The notes below the pieces were generated by a model. The model made no database searches, was not told the origin of the DNA, and was given only the letters and a program-made list of their open reading frames with translations. The position numbers were made by a program, and so were the translations under genes. This document shows, piece by piece, positions 53,648 to 64,000 of a DNA stretch of 64,000 bases. Numbering within the stretch: position 1 is the stretch's first letter; the number at the start of each line of letters is the position of its first letter. This DNA is from Eledone cirrhosa (taxonomy: Eukaryota): assembly GCA_964016885.1 (NCBI GenBank), contig OZ024742.1:169384001-169448000 (forward strand), written 5' to 3'.

Positions 53648-55780
53648 ATCATCATCATTTTAGTCCGCTTTTCCCTGCTTGCAAGGGTGGGACAGGTCCT
53701 ATTCAGCACAGCATCTCTCCACTTGTACCGGTCCTTCGTCATCTCCTCCGTGAGCTTCAGCGATCGGAGGTCTGCTCTCACCACCTCTGCCCATGTTTTT
53801 CGTGGTCTTCCTTCTACTGGGATTTCTTGGCACTTCTTTACCCAGCGGTCATCTTCCATGTGCATCACATGTCCATACCATCTATCTTCTCTCCCGCACA
53901 CCACAACTTATCCCCCTTATACACAGTTTTTCTCTCAACTCATCTATGCTTGGTCGTTCACACACATTGACATTGCACATCCAACGGAGTATGCTTGCTT
54001 CATTTCTCTCCAGCCGTCGCATATCCTCTGTAGTTACTGCCCATGTCTCACTACCATGCAGCATCACGCATCTCATACAGGCATCATATAACCGGCCTTT
54101 CGTACGCAGGGAGAAACCCTTCTTTGTCAACAGAGGAAGCAGCTCCCTAAACTTCTTCCAACCCGTCCTTATTCTAGATACTATGGCCTTGGAACACCCA
54201 TCTCCCATGCTAATCTGATCACCTAGGTACTGGAAGCTATCAACCACTTCTATAGAACCCACCTGCATTTGAAAAATGTGTCTATCAATGCGATTACTAC
54301 TGTCAAATTTCCCTGTGCATCTACTGCATACATAGTTTTCCCAACCTGTTAGTTTGCCTACTATCCCACTACATCTCTTGTGTACCCAAGATCTGCATTG
54401 TGTACATTTTATATTTCCTTTTCTACATATCGAATATGGCCATTTCCCTGATGGAATCAGAGTTTTGTCCTCTTTTCTACTTATCAACACTTTTGTCTTA
54501 GCTATGTTCACTTTCAGTCCTCTTAATTCAAATTGCTGTTTCCATAACCAGAATTTATTCTCTAACTGCTCTACTGATTTTGCTATAAGAACCAGATTGT
54601 CAGCATAGAGAAGTTCCCATGGGCAGCTAGTCTTAAACTCCTCTGTTATGGCTTGGAGGACTATAATGAACAAGAGAGGGCTGAGGACCCAACCCTGATG
54701 TACTCCTACTTGTATCTGGAATTCCTCACTAAGCTCCATTCCTACTCGCACTTTACTGACAGCACCTCTGTACATAGCTTGCACTGTCCTCACAAGCCAT
54801 TCCTCTACACCTAGTTTCGTTAGGGACCACCAGATGACAGATCGGGGTACCCTATCAAAGGTCTTCTCTAGGTCAATAAAAGCTAAGTATAGTGGCTTAT
54901 TCTTCTCTAAGAATCTCTCTTGTAGTTGTCTCACCAAGAAGAGGGCATGTTGTACTTATCCCAGGTACAAAACCAAACTGCATCTCATCTAATTTGACCC
55001 TTTCTTTAATTAGTTGCGCTAATATTCTCTCTGCCACTTTCATAACCTGATCCATCAGCTTTATGCCCCTATAATTGCTCCTCTCCAGAGCATCTCCTTT
55101 ACTTTTGTAGCAATTTATGAGAACACTGCTGCACCAGTCTTTGGGTATGACACCACCATAAATAGCTTGATTGATGATGCGTGCAACCAGTTTAGTGCCT
55201 CCTTCTCCTGATGACTTCAGTATCTCAGCAACTATCCCCGACGGTCCAGCGGCTTTACCATTTTTCATTTACTTAATTGCCTCTTGGACCCTATATTCAT
55301 CAATCTCAACAGCTGGTCCCTCTGTCGGGTCTGCTGGGGAATAATTTCTCTCTCTCCCATTCGTTCTCCACATTCATCAGTCTCTCATAATGACATTTCC
55401 AGGCCTCCTTTTTCTAATCATTCTGGATACATTTATCTCCAACAACATCCTGATTTACACTGACACACTGCCTTGCAATGCGGAACACCGAATGTCTCTG
55501 ATCTTCCCGTCGCAGAACATTGGCAAACCTCCTACTATCAGCCTCCCTGCATGCTAAGTACATCTGACGTCTAGCTTCTCTCTTAGTGGCTGTGTAACCG
55601 TCTCTACTTCCACCATTTGTTTTTCAAGCGTTCCATGCTAGTCTTTTGTCTCTAATGGCCTTATCTACCGTGCTGTTCCACCACCAGGTCACTCACTGTC
55701 TGGTCGGAGCTCTGCTCCAGCCACAACTTTCTTCAGTAGCCTGCAGTAAGTTGTCATGTATGAAATTCCAGTTATCATTT
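53648..55780 (-). mobile_element. 5'-truncated RTE LINE in an MRG15 intron (sense), frameshifted, with PHD-like insert
   Basis: ORFs 54897..55268, 53882..54937 and 53638..53904 give a co-linear RT (YADN in place of YADD). (GAT)n tail. Confidence 0.95.
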
Positions 55781-55873
55781 AACACTATCAGAATACTTTC
55801 TCCACTTCTTCACAGCAATTTAGCCCCTTTGATACCAACCTCATCGAAACCAGCTCTAGTTTTATAAAATAAA
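55777..55873. repeat. 97-bp inverted repeat arm (partner at 58835-58931)
   Basis: Reverse complement of 58835-58931 with 2 mismatches. Confidence 0.92.
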
Positions 55874-58415
55874 TGTTGCAATTCTCAACAAATGAGAATT
55901 ACAACACGATTAGTGTTATTGCTGTTTACGCAGTTGTTGCGCTCATAGTTTTTGGCATTAATATATACTGGGTGGATGCCCTTCCTAACACCAGCACCCC
56001 TTTACAGCATGGACTGGGTATTTTATTTGTGCCACCAGCACTAGAGAGGTTGTCTTACTGGATTCAGGGGCCCTCGCTACCTCTCCATTTTACAGCATAG
56101 ACTAGGTGCTTTTATTTGAGCCACCAGCACTAGAGAGGTTGTTTTACTGGACTCGGGAGCCCCATCCACCCCTCTATTTTACAGCATGGACTGGGTGCTT
56201 TTATTTGTGCCACCAGCACTAGGGAAGTTGCCTTACTGGACTTCCCTACCCTGCACCAATTTATTCGGAGTGGTAGCTCTCCTAGGCGGGTTGTCTACGC
56301 TACGGCTTACGGAGCCTCTGTCCACCCCGTGCCTGCGCTGAGCAGAACTTGGTTTAACGTGCTATGTGCACGAGTGTTTAGCGTACAGCGCCAGGCATAC
56401 ATACTGGAAGGTGATAGATATAGGGAGGGGGGGGGGGGGGGGGGATGAAAATGGCGACTTCCTAGCCTCTGTTATTTTAAACACGGCTATTCTATATGAG
56501 CAATTTTTCCGTTACGAATATATGCACGTAAACAACACACACACATATATATATTAACAGCTATATAAATACAAACAGACATTAGTACATATATCTATAT
56601 ATATATATATAAATAAACATTGAAAGAAGGAAATTCACAATTTTTCAACTTATCTTCTCTACGTCAAATATATATATATATGATGGGATTCTGTCATCTC
56701 ACTTCCACTCACAAGGCACTGATTAACCGATAGTAGAAGACATTTGGTCAAGGTGTCACACAGTGGAATAGAACCCAGGACTAGGTGGTTGTGAAGCAAA
56801 ATTGTTAACCATACAACCATGCCTCTTCCTATATATAAACACACACACATACATGCATGCATAAACATAGATACACACATAAAGAGTGTGACGACACATG
56901 TCTGGGATGAAACACAACTACAGCCAACAATACATGTTTGAAATTGTCTTAAGAATTCTATAACAGATTTTTATGACATTATTTCTTCCATGACCTAGTT
57001 CTATATTACAGAAGAACAATTACAATCCAACACACATCATATCTGACTCACTCATTATACTACCTTTTATAGACACTAAAGCTTCCATCACCACCATTTA
57101 ATGCCCACTTATCCTGCTAGGAAGGGTTGCACGGGTCATCATAGACTGAATCAGTACTGAAATGGGTTTACTGACATGCCAGAAAGGCTGGGAGCCCACA
57201 TTCTTATTTACTGAGTGCATTTTATCATGTAGATCACCAACACGAGGGAACTTGTCATGTTTTGACACAACTGAAGAGCCCTCCCAACACTTTGCACTGG
57301 CAAGCTTTCTATGGCTGGATGCCCTTCCTATCACCACAATGCTAGACATTTGGACAAAGCAAATGCTTAATGTACTTTAACCCTTTTGTTACTAAATTTC
57401 TAATGAAAAGCACTGCTAACTGTCTTTAAATTATTTTTTAAGTAATAAACAATTTAAAGGGATTTAGTAATATAACTAACTTTCTCATTATTCAGTTTGT
57501 ATTTAGGGTGGAGGATTAGCAGTATTTAGTTACAACTTGCTACATTCTGAGTTTATTCCCAACAAAATCAACTTTGCCTTTCATCCTTCCAGGATTGATA
57601 AAATAAAGTACCAGTCATGTACTGGGGTCAATATAATCGATTTTCCCCTTCCCTCAAATTGCTGACCATGTGTCACTCTTAGAAAGGATTGTTAAATTGC
57701 TATTTGGAGCATAACTTAACGAATGTTCTTACAATAATGTGTCAGGTTCAGCATTCGGTCATCAGATGAAAGGGTGTAAAAGCCAATTTTGCTATCTTTA
57801 ATTCAGTATTAGTGTCTACACTTACCTATGGTCATGGATCTCGGTAATAACCAAAAGAATACGATTGTGAATACTAGCAGCTGAAATGAAGACTGAAGGG
57901 TTTTTGAGTTTTATGTTACTCAATAGGGTGCCGGGCTCAGGGATCAGGAAGTCGCTCTAAGCGGAGCTGCTACTTCTCCTTATCATTTGGAGTTGGTTGC
58001 TTCTGATAGGAGTCTCTGGAAAGCATGTCTGAGGACTCTGCCTTCATGATAAAATTGGGGTGATTTGGAGCAGGTTGATAGCAAAAAGGTTAAGTCTATA
58101 TATTGGGGATAATTAACCCAATTTTCTTTATTATTATTATTAAGGTCATTTGTGTTGGGCTGCACACATTTCAAATTCTAAGTTTTCCGAATGCTTAAGT
58201 TGTTTACACATCAATTATTATGTTTGTGCTGTGAGATACTTATGGTTTTCTTTTAAATTTATCATGAAAAAATTACATGACACCCTATAGAGATATCACT
58301 ATCACCATTATTTCACATCCCCTTCCTGTGTTGGTATGGGCAGTGGCCAGGTCGTTACAGTCTGATTCAATTCTAATTTGAAACAAATACATTCAAAGAG
58401 ACTAAAGAGTCTTAC

Positions 58416-58515
58416 CTCAGAGTGTTGAGGACGTTCAAATTTATAAAGCAGTAATGTACCAATAGTTGTATTAAAGTATTCTCGCACTCCCTGGGTCACC
58501 AGTTTAATAGCATCT
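58416..58515 (-). CDS. MORF4L1: MRG15 exon DAIKLVTQGVREYFNTTIGTLLLYKFERPQHSE
   Basis: Acceptor ttttccAG, donor GAG|gtaaga, 100 nt (phase 2 to 0). Contains EYFN and LLYKFERPQ. Confidence 0.96.
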
Positions 58516-58834
58516 CTGGAAAATATACATTAAAGACGTAATGACTTTTAATTAGATTCTCATCAAAAATTTAAATATCAACTTGAAAGTTTTTCAATCA
58601 AATTTCTTCTTACTAGAAAAAAAAAAAAGAGGGAGGGTATTGAATACAAATTCATTAATGTAGATGAAATATCTAACAGTGTGAAAAATACATTTAGAGT
58701 CTGTCATGAGCCCAGAGATTGACTTGGTTTAAGAGGTATTGAGCAACCAACAGTACAACATTCTCCTATGGATGAGACACCAAATAAATTCAGATTCTAT
58801 TATAAGCCCAGAGGTTGTCTTTAAAATGGGTGGT

Positions 58835-58931
58835 TTTATTTTATAAAACTAGAGCTGGTTTCGATGAGGTTGGTATCAAAGGGGCTAAATTGCTGTGAAG
58901 CAGTGGACAAAGTATTCTGATAGTGTTAAAT
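58835..58931. repeat. 97-bp inverted repeat arm (partner at 55777-55873)
   Basis: Reverse complement of 55777-55873 with 2 mismatches. Confidence 0.92.
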
Positions 58932-59341
58932 AATCTATTTATTCAGTGCAACCAGAATGTCTTTCATCTTTCGCCAACAAAAGTTGCTCAAAACAATACA
59001 CTTCTTTTTCACACGATTAGGGAGTTAGAGTTATGTACCTTGTCAATGTACATCACTGCTTCACGTCTTCACGTCAATCGATGCACTTTCGTCGGTTTCA
59101 AGATGAGTGTTGTGTTCCAGTTGTTTGATCAATGGAACTCATGAAATTAATGTGTAAATGGCTGAGCATTCCACAGACGACATGCACTCTTAATGTAATT
59201 CTCAGGAAGATTCTACATGACACTGTGTCTTACAAGGCTGACACTTTGAATTACAGGTATAGTCCAGTGACACAGTGTGTGTGATAGAGTTGGAACTTCT
59301 ATACAACCTTGTGGTCAGTAGCAATAAGATGGTAAACTTAC

Positions 59342-59424
59342 TTGTTATTGGACTTTGTAATTTTAAACTGGATATATTCATCAAGAATGGTCTCAATATT
59401 ATGTTTGGCTGGTAACTTCAACAG
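59342..59424 (-). CDS. MORF4L1: MRG15 exon LLKLPAKHNIETILDEYIQFKITKSNN(K)
   Basis: Acceptor ttttccAG, donor AA|gtaagt, 83 nt (phase 0 to 2). Matches the MRG segment LPAKKNVDSILEDY. Confidence 0.93.
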
Positions 59425-59559
59425 CTGGAAAACATGAGAAACTTATAACATATACAATTACTAAACAAAATTACTATTTAAAAATATAGATTTTTAAAAT
59501 TTGAAATGTGTGTATCACAATACGAAGGGCCATAATAAAAGTTAATCACTAGAAATAAT

Positions 59560-60240
59560 AATTAAGAAAATTGGGTGTTGTGAAGACAGACACTCATCAT
59601 CTCAAGGAAGCCTATGTTGCACACTCTACACGTGAATGAAGTTCCACTGAAGTAAGTGGAGGAGTTCAAGTATCTTGGGGCAGTGTTCACGAGTGAAGGA
59701 AAAATTAAGTGCAAGAATTGCAGAAACTGGTGCAGTAATGTGCCAGCTTGTGCCAGAAGAAGGGAGGTATGTGTAAAAGCTAAACTTGATATCTTCAATT
59801 TGGTATTCATGCCAACTCTTACCTATGGTCATGAAACTTGGGTAATGATTGAAAGAATATGATTGCAAATACAAGTGGCCGAAATGGAATTCCTCCGAAG
59901 GATCTTTGGAGTAATGTTACTCAATAGAGTGTGTAACTTGGAGATCAGAGAGTTGCTCCAGGTAGAGTTGCTACTTCTCCGAATTGAGAGATCACAGCTC
60001 CAATACTATGGGCATGTGGAAAGAATTGCTGGATAGATTTTACAGGCAAAAACCAACTGGCAAGTAATCCAAGGGTAGACCCCAAGCATGATGGTTGGAT
60101 AACATCCATGAACTCGGCTGGTCTCACTTGGGGATCCAGATGGATCAACTGGAGACAGTTGCTTCTGACAGGACTAGCTGGAAGGTGTGCTTGAAGACTG
60201 CCCCATGACTCTCCCAGGAATACGTGAGCCAAGAAGAAGG
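59560..60240 (+). mobile_element. Rex3/Expander-like RTE 3' fragment
   Basis: VEEFKYLGAVFTSEG, PTLTYGHETWVM and AEMEFLRRI. Related pieces at about 57780-58050 and 18250-18460. Confidence 0.8.
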
Positions 60241-60903
60241 GTAAAGTATCCTTGGACAAAAATTGTGGATGAAGGTGCCTCTGTCCACATTTTTCCATCT
60301 CCACAGGTACATAACATTTCATCCTATGCAGGATTGATAAAATGAATACTAGTCAAAAACTGGAATGTAACCACATTAACAAGACATCCTTGAAAAGTAT
60401 AAATCAACTCTACGACTGCACCACGTTAAATATTAAAATCTTTGCTCCAATAATGCAAATTTTAGCAACAATCTGTTTGCTATTAAAGGTACAATAAGCA
60501 TTTGCATTTACAAAATTGTTTATAGATATTTTCTACTTACTGGATAGGAAATGGTAGCCATCATCATCATTTAATGACTATTTTCCATGCTTGCATGGGT
60601 TAGATGGGTCGCCACATTAGGAGGCCAAACAGGTCAGGTGGCTATGTCTTGCTCATACAGTGTTTTTGGCTTGGTTTTCTTCCTAACGCCAACCAATTCA
60701 AAGCATATACTGGAAGCTCTTTATCATGGCACCAGAGGGTGGACTGGGTGCTTTTTTTTGTCATGGTACCAGCACTACCATCTAACAGGGTGGACTAGGT
60801 ACATTTTGTTGTGACACGAGTATGACAACCTTACAGAGTGGACTAGGTGCCTTTTTTTGTGGTAGCAACACCATTATTATCATCATCAATACCAACAACT
60901 TAC

Positions 60904-61005
60904 CTTCTTTTGTTTAGTCATCAAATCCCAATCATCAACCAGCCACAGTTTCAAATCATCTGGTACTTTCACATGTACCTCTATTTTAGTTTGGAATGCC
61001 TCCTC
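60904..61005 (-). CDS. MORF4L1: MRG15 exon EEAFQTKIEVHVKVPDDLKLWLVDDWDLMTKQKK
   Basis: Acceptor ttccAG, donor AAG|gtaagt, 102 nt. Contains the MRG-domain motif WLVDDWD. Confidence 0.95.
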
Positions 61006-61009
61006 CTGG

Positions 61010-61222
61010 AATAATAATAATAATGATTTCTACTATAGGCACAAGGCCAGCAATTTTGGGGGAGGGGAAAATCGGTTAAATCGACCCCAGTGCATTACTG
61101 GTTCTTTTTTTATGGACCCCATCAGGATGAAAAGCAAAGCTAACCCCGGCGGGATTTGAACTCAGATCCTAAAGGGGCGTAACTCTATGCTGTAAAGCAT
61201 GTTGTCCGACGCTTTACCGATA
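61010..61222 (-). mobile_element. Family B SINE filling most of the 288-bp MRG15 intron
   Basis: Family B body with its (TTA)n tail running into the ttccAG acceptor at 61007-61006. Confidence 0.85.
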
Positions 61223-61293
61223 ACAGTAATAATAAATGGTGGTGGTATATTTGTAAAACATGAAAAGGGAAAAGTAGAAAGAAAGAGTCTCAC

Positions 61294-61451
61294 CGATTCT
61301 ACAGTGGGATCTGTTTTGGCTCGTTTTCGTTTTGGTTCAGTGAGTGTTGATGTTGAAGATCCAGCGAGAGGTGATGAAGAAGGCAGGGACCCTACATTAC
61401 CAGAATTACCTGCCTCACCTTGATTACTACTAGAATTACCACCCAGTAATC
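61294..61451 (-). CDS. MORF4L1: MRG15 exon ending EPKRKRAKTDPTVES
   Basis: Acceptor ttgtAG, donor TCG|gtgaga, 158 nt (phase 1 to 0). Resembles the MRG15 segment RKKRARVDPTVE. Confidence 0.9.
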
Positions 61452-62939
61452 CTACAATGTAGAAACAAATTATACTTTTTTTTGTTTTTAATCCAAAAAT
61501 AACACACACACACACACATATGTCCAACCTACACCAGCATGATAAAATGGATGTTAAATAATATTATATTAAATATATCCAGTTTAGAATAGATACACAA
61601 TATAAGAAGCAACTAAAAGGGTTGATGTTGGGAAGGACATTTCGCTGTAAAACATTGCCTTAAAAAATCCCATCCTACATACACCAGCATAGAAAAGTTG
61701 ATGTAAAAATGGTGATGATATTTAAGAATGGTTTTCTGAAGAGGAATGGAAGACAACCACAGGTAAATAAGGTAATCAATACATTAGTAGAGTAGGTAAA
61801 TATCTATTTCATATAGAAATGATCTCTACAGGACTAAGATGGTTTCATTTGTTTGAAATCATTTGATTAGTTCAATTGGATGAAACAGTTCTAGTTTCGT
61901 AGATGATGTCACACGCCTTTACAAGTAAGAAATAATTAATCTTTACATTATTAAACTCCTGTGTGGAACATGAACTTAACAAAAGGATCTTGAAAGTTTT
62001 TAATTATAAAATGTATGCTAAAATTGAAGATTTTGTCTTAGAATTAGAAGTGATCTAATGTGAATAGCTATCAAAAAGGTTTTTAACTCTTTTATTACCA
62101 TATTTCTGATGAAATACACTATCTGTGTCAGTTAATTTGGAAAATTTGAAGAATTTAACGAGATAACTAACATTTTCATTTGTAAACGGTTTGAAGCATT
62201 ATCATCATCATCATCATCATCATTATGATTTTAATGTCTGTTTTCTCTGTAGACCAGGTTGGTGCTTAAACAGATCATCATCATCATCATCGTTTAATGT
62301 TGGCTTTCCCTGCTAGCAAGATTTAGACAATTGTCAACAGACCAGATTGGCACATAAACAGAGGTACTGATCCCACAGATGGGCAGGGAGCTTGCCTCTA
62401 CATACAACCCTGTGCACTACCATGTACATTTTACCATGACATCGACACTAGGGAAGTTGTTACGTTGACACAACTGAAAGGGTTTTCTTGACCCTTTGTT
62501 TAGCAGGTTTCAGGTTTTCTAGGGCTGGATGCCTTTCCTATCACTAACCATTTTACAGAGTGTATTTGATGCATTTATTGTGTAAATCACCAACATTAGG
62601 GAAGTTGTCATGTCTTTCACACAACAGTTCTCCTGACCCTTTGTTTGCTAAGTTCTCTACAGCTGGATACCCTGCCTTTCACCAATCACAAAATTAAGAC
62701 GGGAGGTTTTAATATAAGTAGGTTTAGACAAGTTATCAGCAGACCAGGTTGGTACTCAAATGGAGGCCTTAACCTCAAGGAGACTACACTTCACTTACAT
62801 GCGTTCCTGTACTTACCAAGTGCTCAGACAGTTTTGTATCAAGCAGGTTGACATCAAAAGGGTTAAAATAACACAGTAGGGTATGAAGAAAAGAAAGAAG
62901 TATGGTAGGATGGAGGAAAGGGAATCAATAAAAACTTAC

Positions 62940-63019
62940 CACTCTTATGTTTGGTTTTATCACCTGGAAACAGCAGAGTCTTTTCTTTGTCTTTCTTCGT
63001 TTTAGTTTTCTTGATGCCT
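62940..63019 (-). CDS. MORF4L1: MRG15/MORF4L1 internal exon (Lys-rich linker, GIKKTKTKKDKEK...KHKS)
   Basis: Acceptor ...ctcctccAG, donor G|gtaagt, 80 nt (phase 2 to 1). The end phase matches the next exon at 61451. Sequence is low-complexity, so the call rests on splice sites and phase. Confidence 0.7.
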
Positions 63020-64000
63020 CTGGAGGAGATTTCAGAGAAAAAACAAACTGATACAACAATAGAAAACACTAAGCGATGTTAACGATGATGCTGAACTCTT
63101 AACTCAATACGTATGTATGAACCTATAACTTGTGATGGAGTTATAGGGGTGCCATAAAGACATACAGCATATCTTGGACATTTTAAACTTGGTGGAGACC
63201 ATCCACTCATCCACTCTCTAGGTCTGAACACAACTGATTTCTTCCAGAGAAGGAGAAAGAGATACAGAGGAAGAACTGACCCCAGTACTGGACTGGTGCA
63301 TTTTTTTCTTGACCTTGGTAGGTTTTGAATACAGAGGGTGCTGAGAACCAGAATAAATACAGCAAAGCATTCTATCTGATTTTCTAATTAACCACTTATC
63401 TATCTATAATATACTCCCTACATCTCAGCTGAATCAAACATGGCTTGCTATGTCTGTTCAGGCCCTCTACACCCTAACTAGTAATCTATCCAGGTAGTGT
63501 TTTCCTTTCTATTTCATACACCTAATGCTATGCTGCTGGTGCTATGGCTCATTCAAAACACATCAGAAACGAATTTCACATTGAAAATTAAATTAGTATA
63601 ATATTCACCTCTAAATTGAAACCAGTGTAATATTCACCTCCAAAGTTAAACTAGTGTAATATTCGTTTCCAAAGCGATGGCATGGTTTTGAAATTCTCAG
63701 GTTTATTAGGCCTCTTATAAGGTTGTATTTCATAAGGATGCTTTACCTCTTCCATTACTGTATTTTTCATGAAATACACTGCTTATATGTTTCAGTTAAT
63801 TTTGAAAATAATCAAATATTTGGAGGAATTTAGTAAAATAACTAATTCTCATTAATAACCTGATAATTAGAATATTACTTAACAAAGATTTCTTAAATAA
63901 AATTACAAATGGAAGAATTTAATATAAATACAAACAGTTTATAATGAACAGTTTTGTATCATAAATCTAGGGCAGTTTCAGGCATTTTGATATAAAAAGA

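Noticed and set aside
50703-63019. MSL3 instead of MRG15
   Set aside because: The MRG domain is contiguous without the long MSL3 insertion, and the DPTVE and C-terminal PEY.RK motifs match MRG15.

Overview
Eukaryotic, AT-rich, repeat-dominated genomic DNA. The (TA)n/(GAT)n/(TTA)n microsatellites, RTE-partnered SINEs and Helitrons suggest a coleoid cephalopod such as Octopus, but this is inference. The only host gene I can support is the 3' part of MRG15/MORF4L1 on the minus strand: eight phase-consistent GT-AG exons between 63019 and 50703, with the chromodomain exons outside the window. The rest is mobile DNA: RTE, CR1, Tx1/L1 and CRE-type LINE pieces, three Helitrons with correct termini, a complete 2.1-kb non-autonomous LTR element, a solo LTR, piggyBac-like MITEs and many SINEs. 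The most notable observations are: (1) several families of minimal type I hammerhead ribozymes in short microsatellite-embedded repeats, alongside 'more-than-one-unit' repeats and fold-backs, suggesting a Penelope/retrozyme-like circular-RNA system; (2) a PHD finger inserted inside the reverse transcriptase of two diverged RTE LINEs; (3) a 97-bp near-perfect inverted repeat bracketing one MRG15 exon; (4) a TG...TA-ended, tRNA-Trp-primed non-coding LTR element; (5) a Helitron CTAG|TC head-to-tail junction. All calls were made by eye; no database searches were run.
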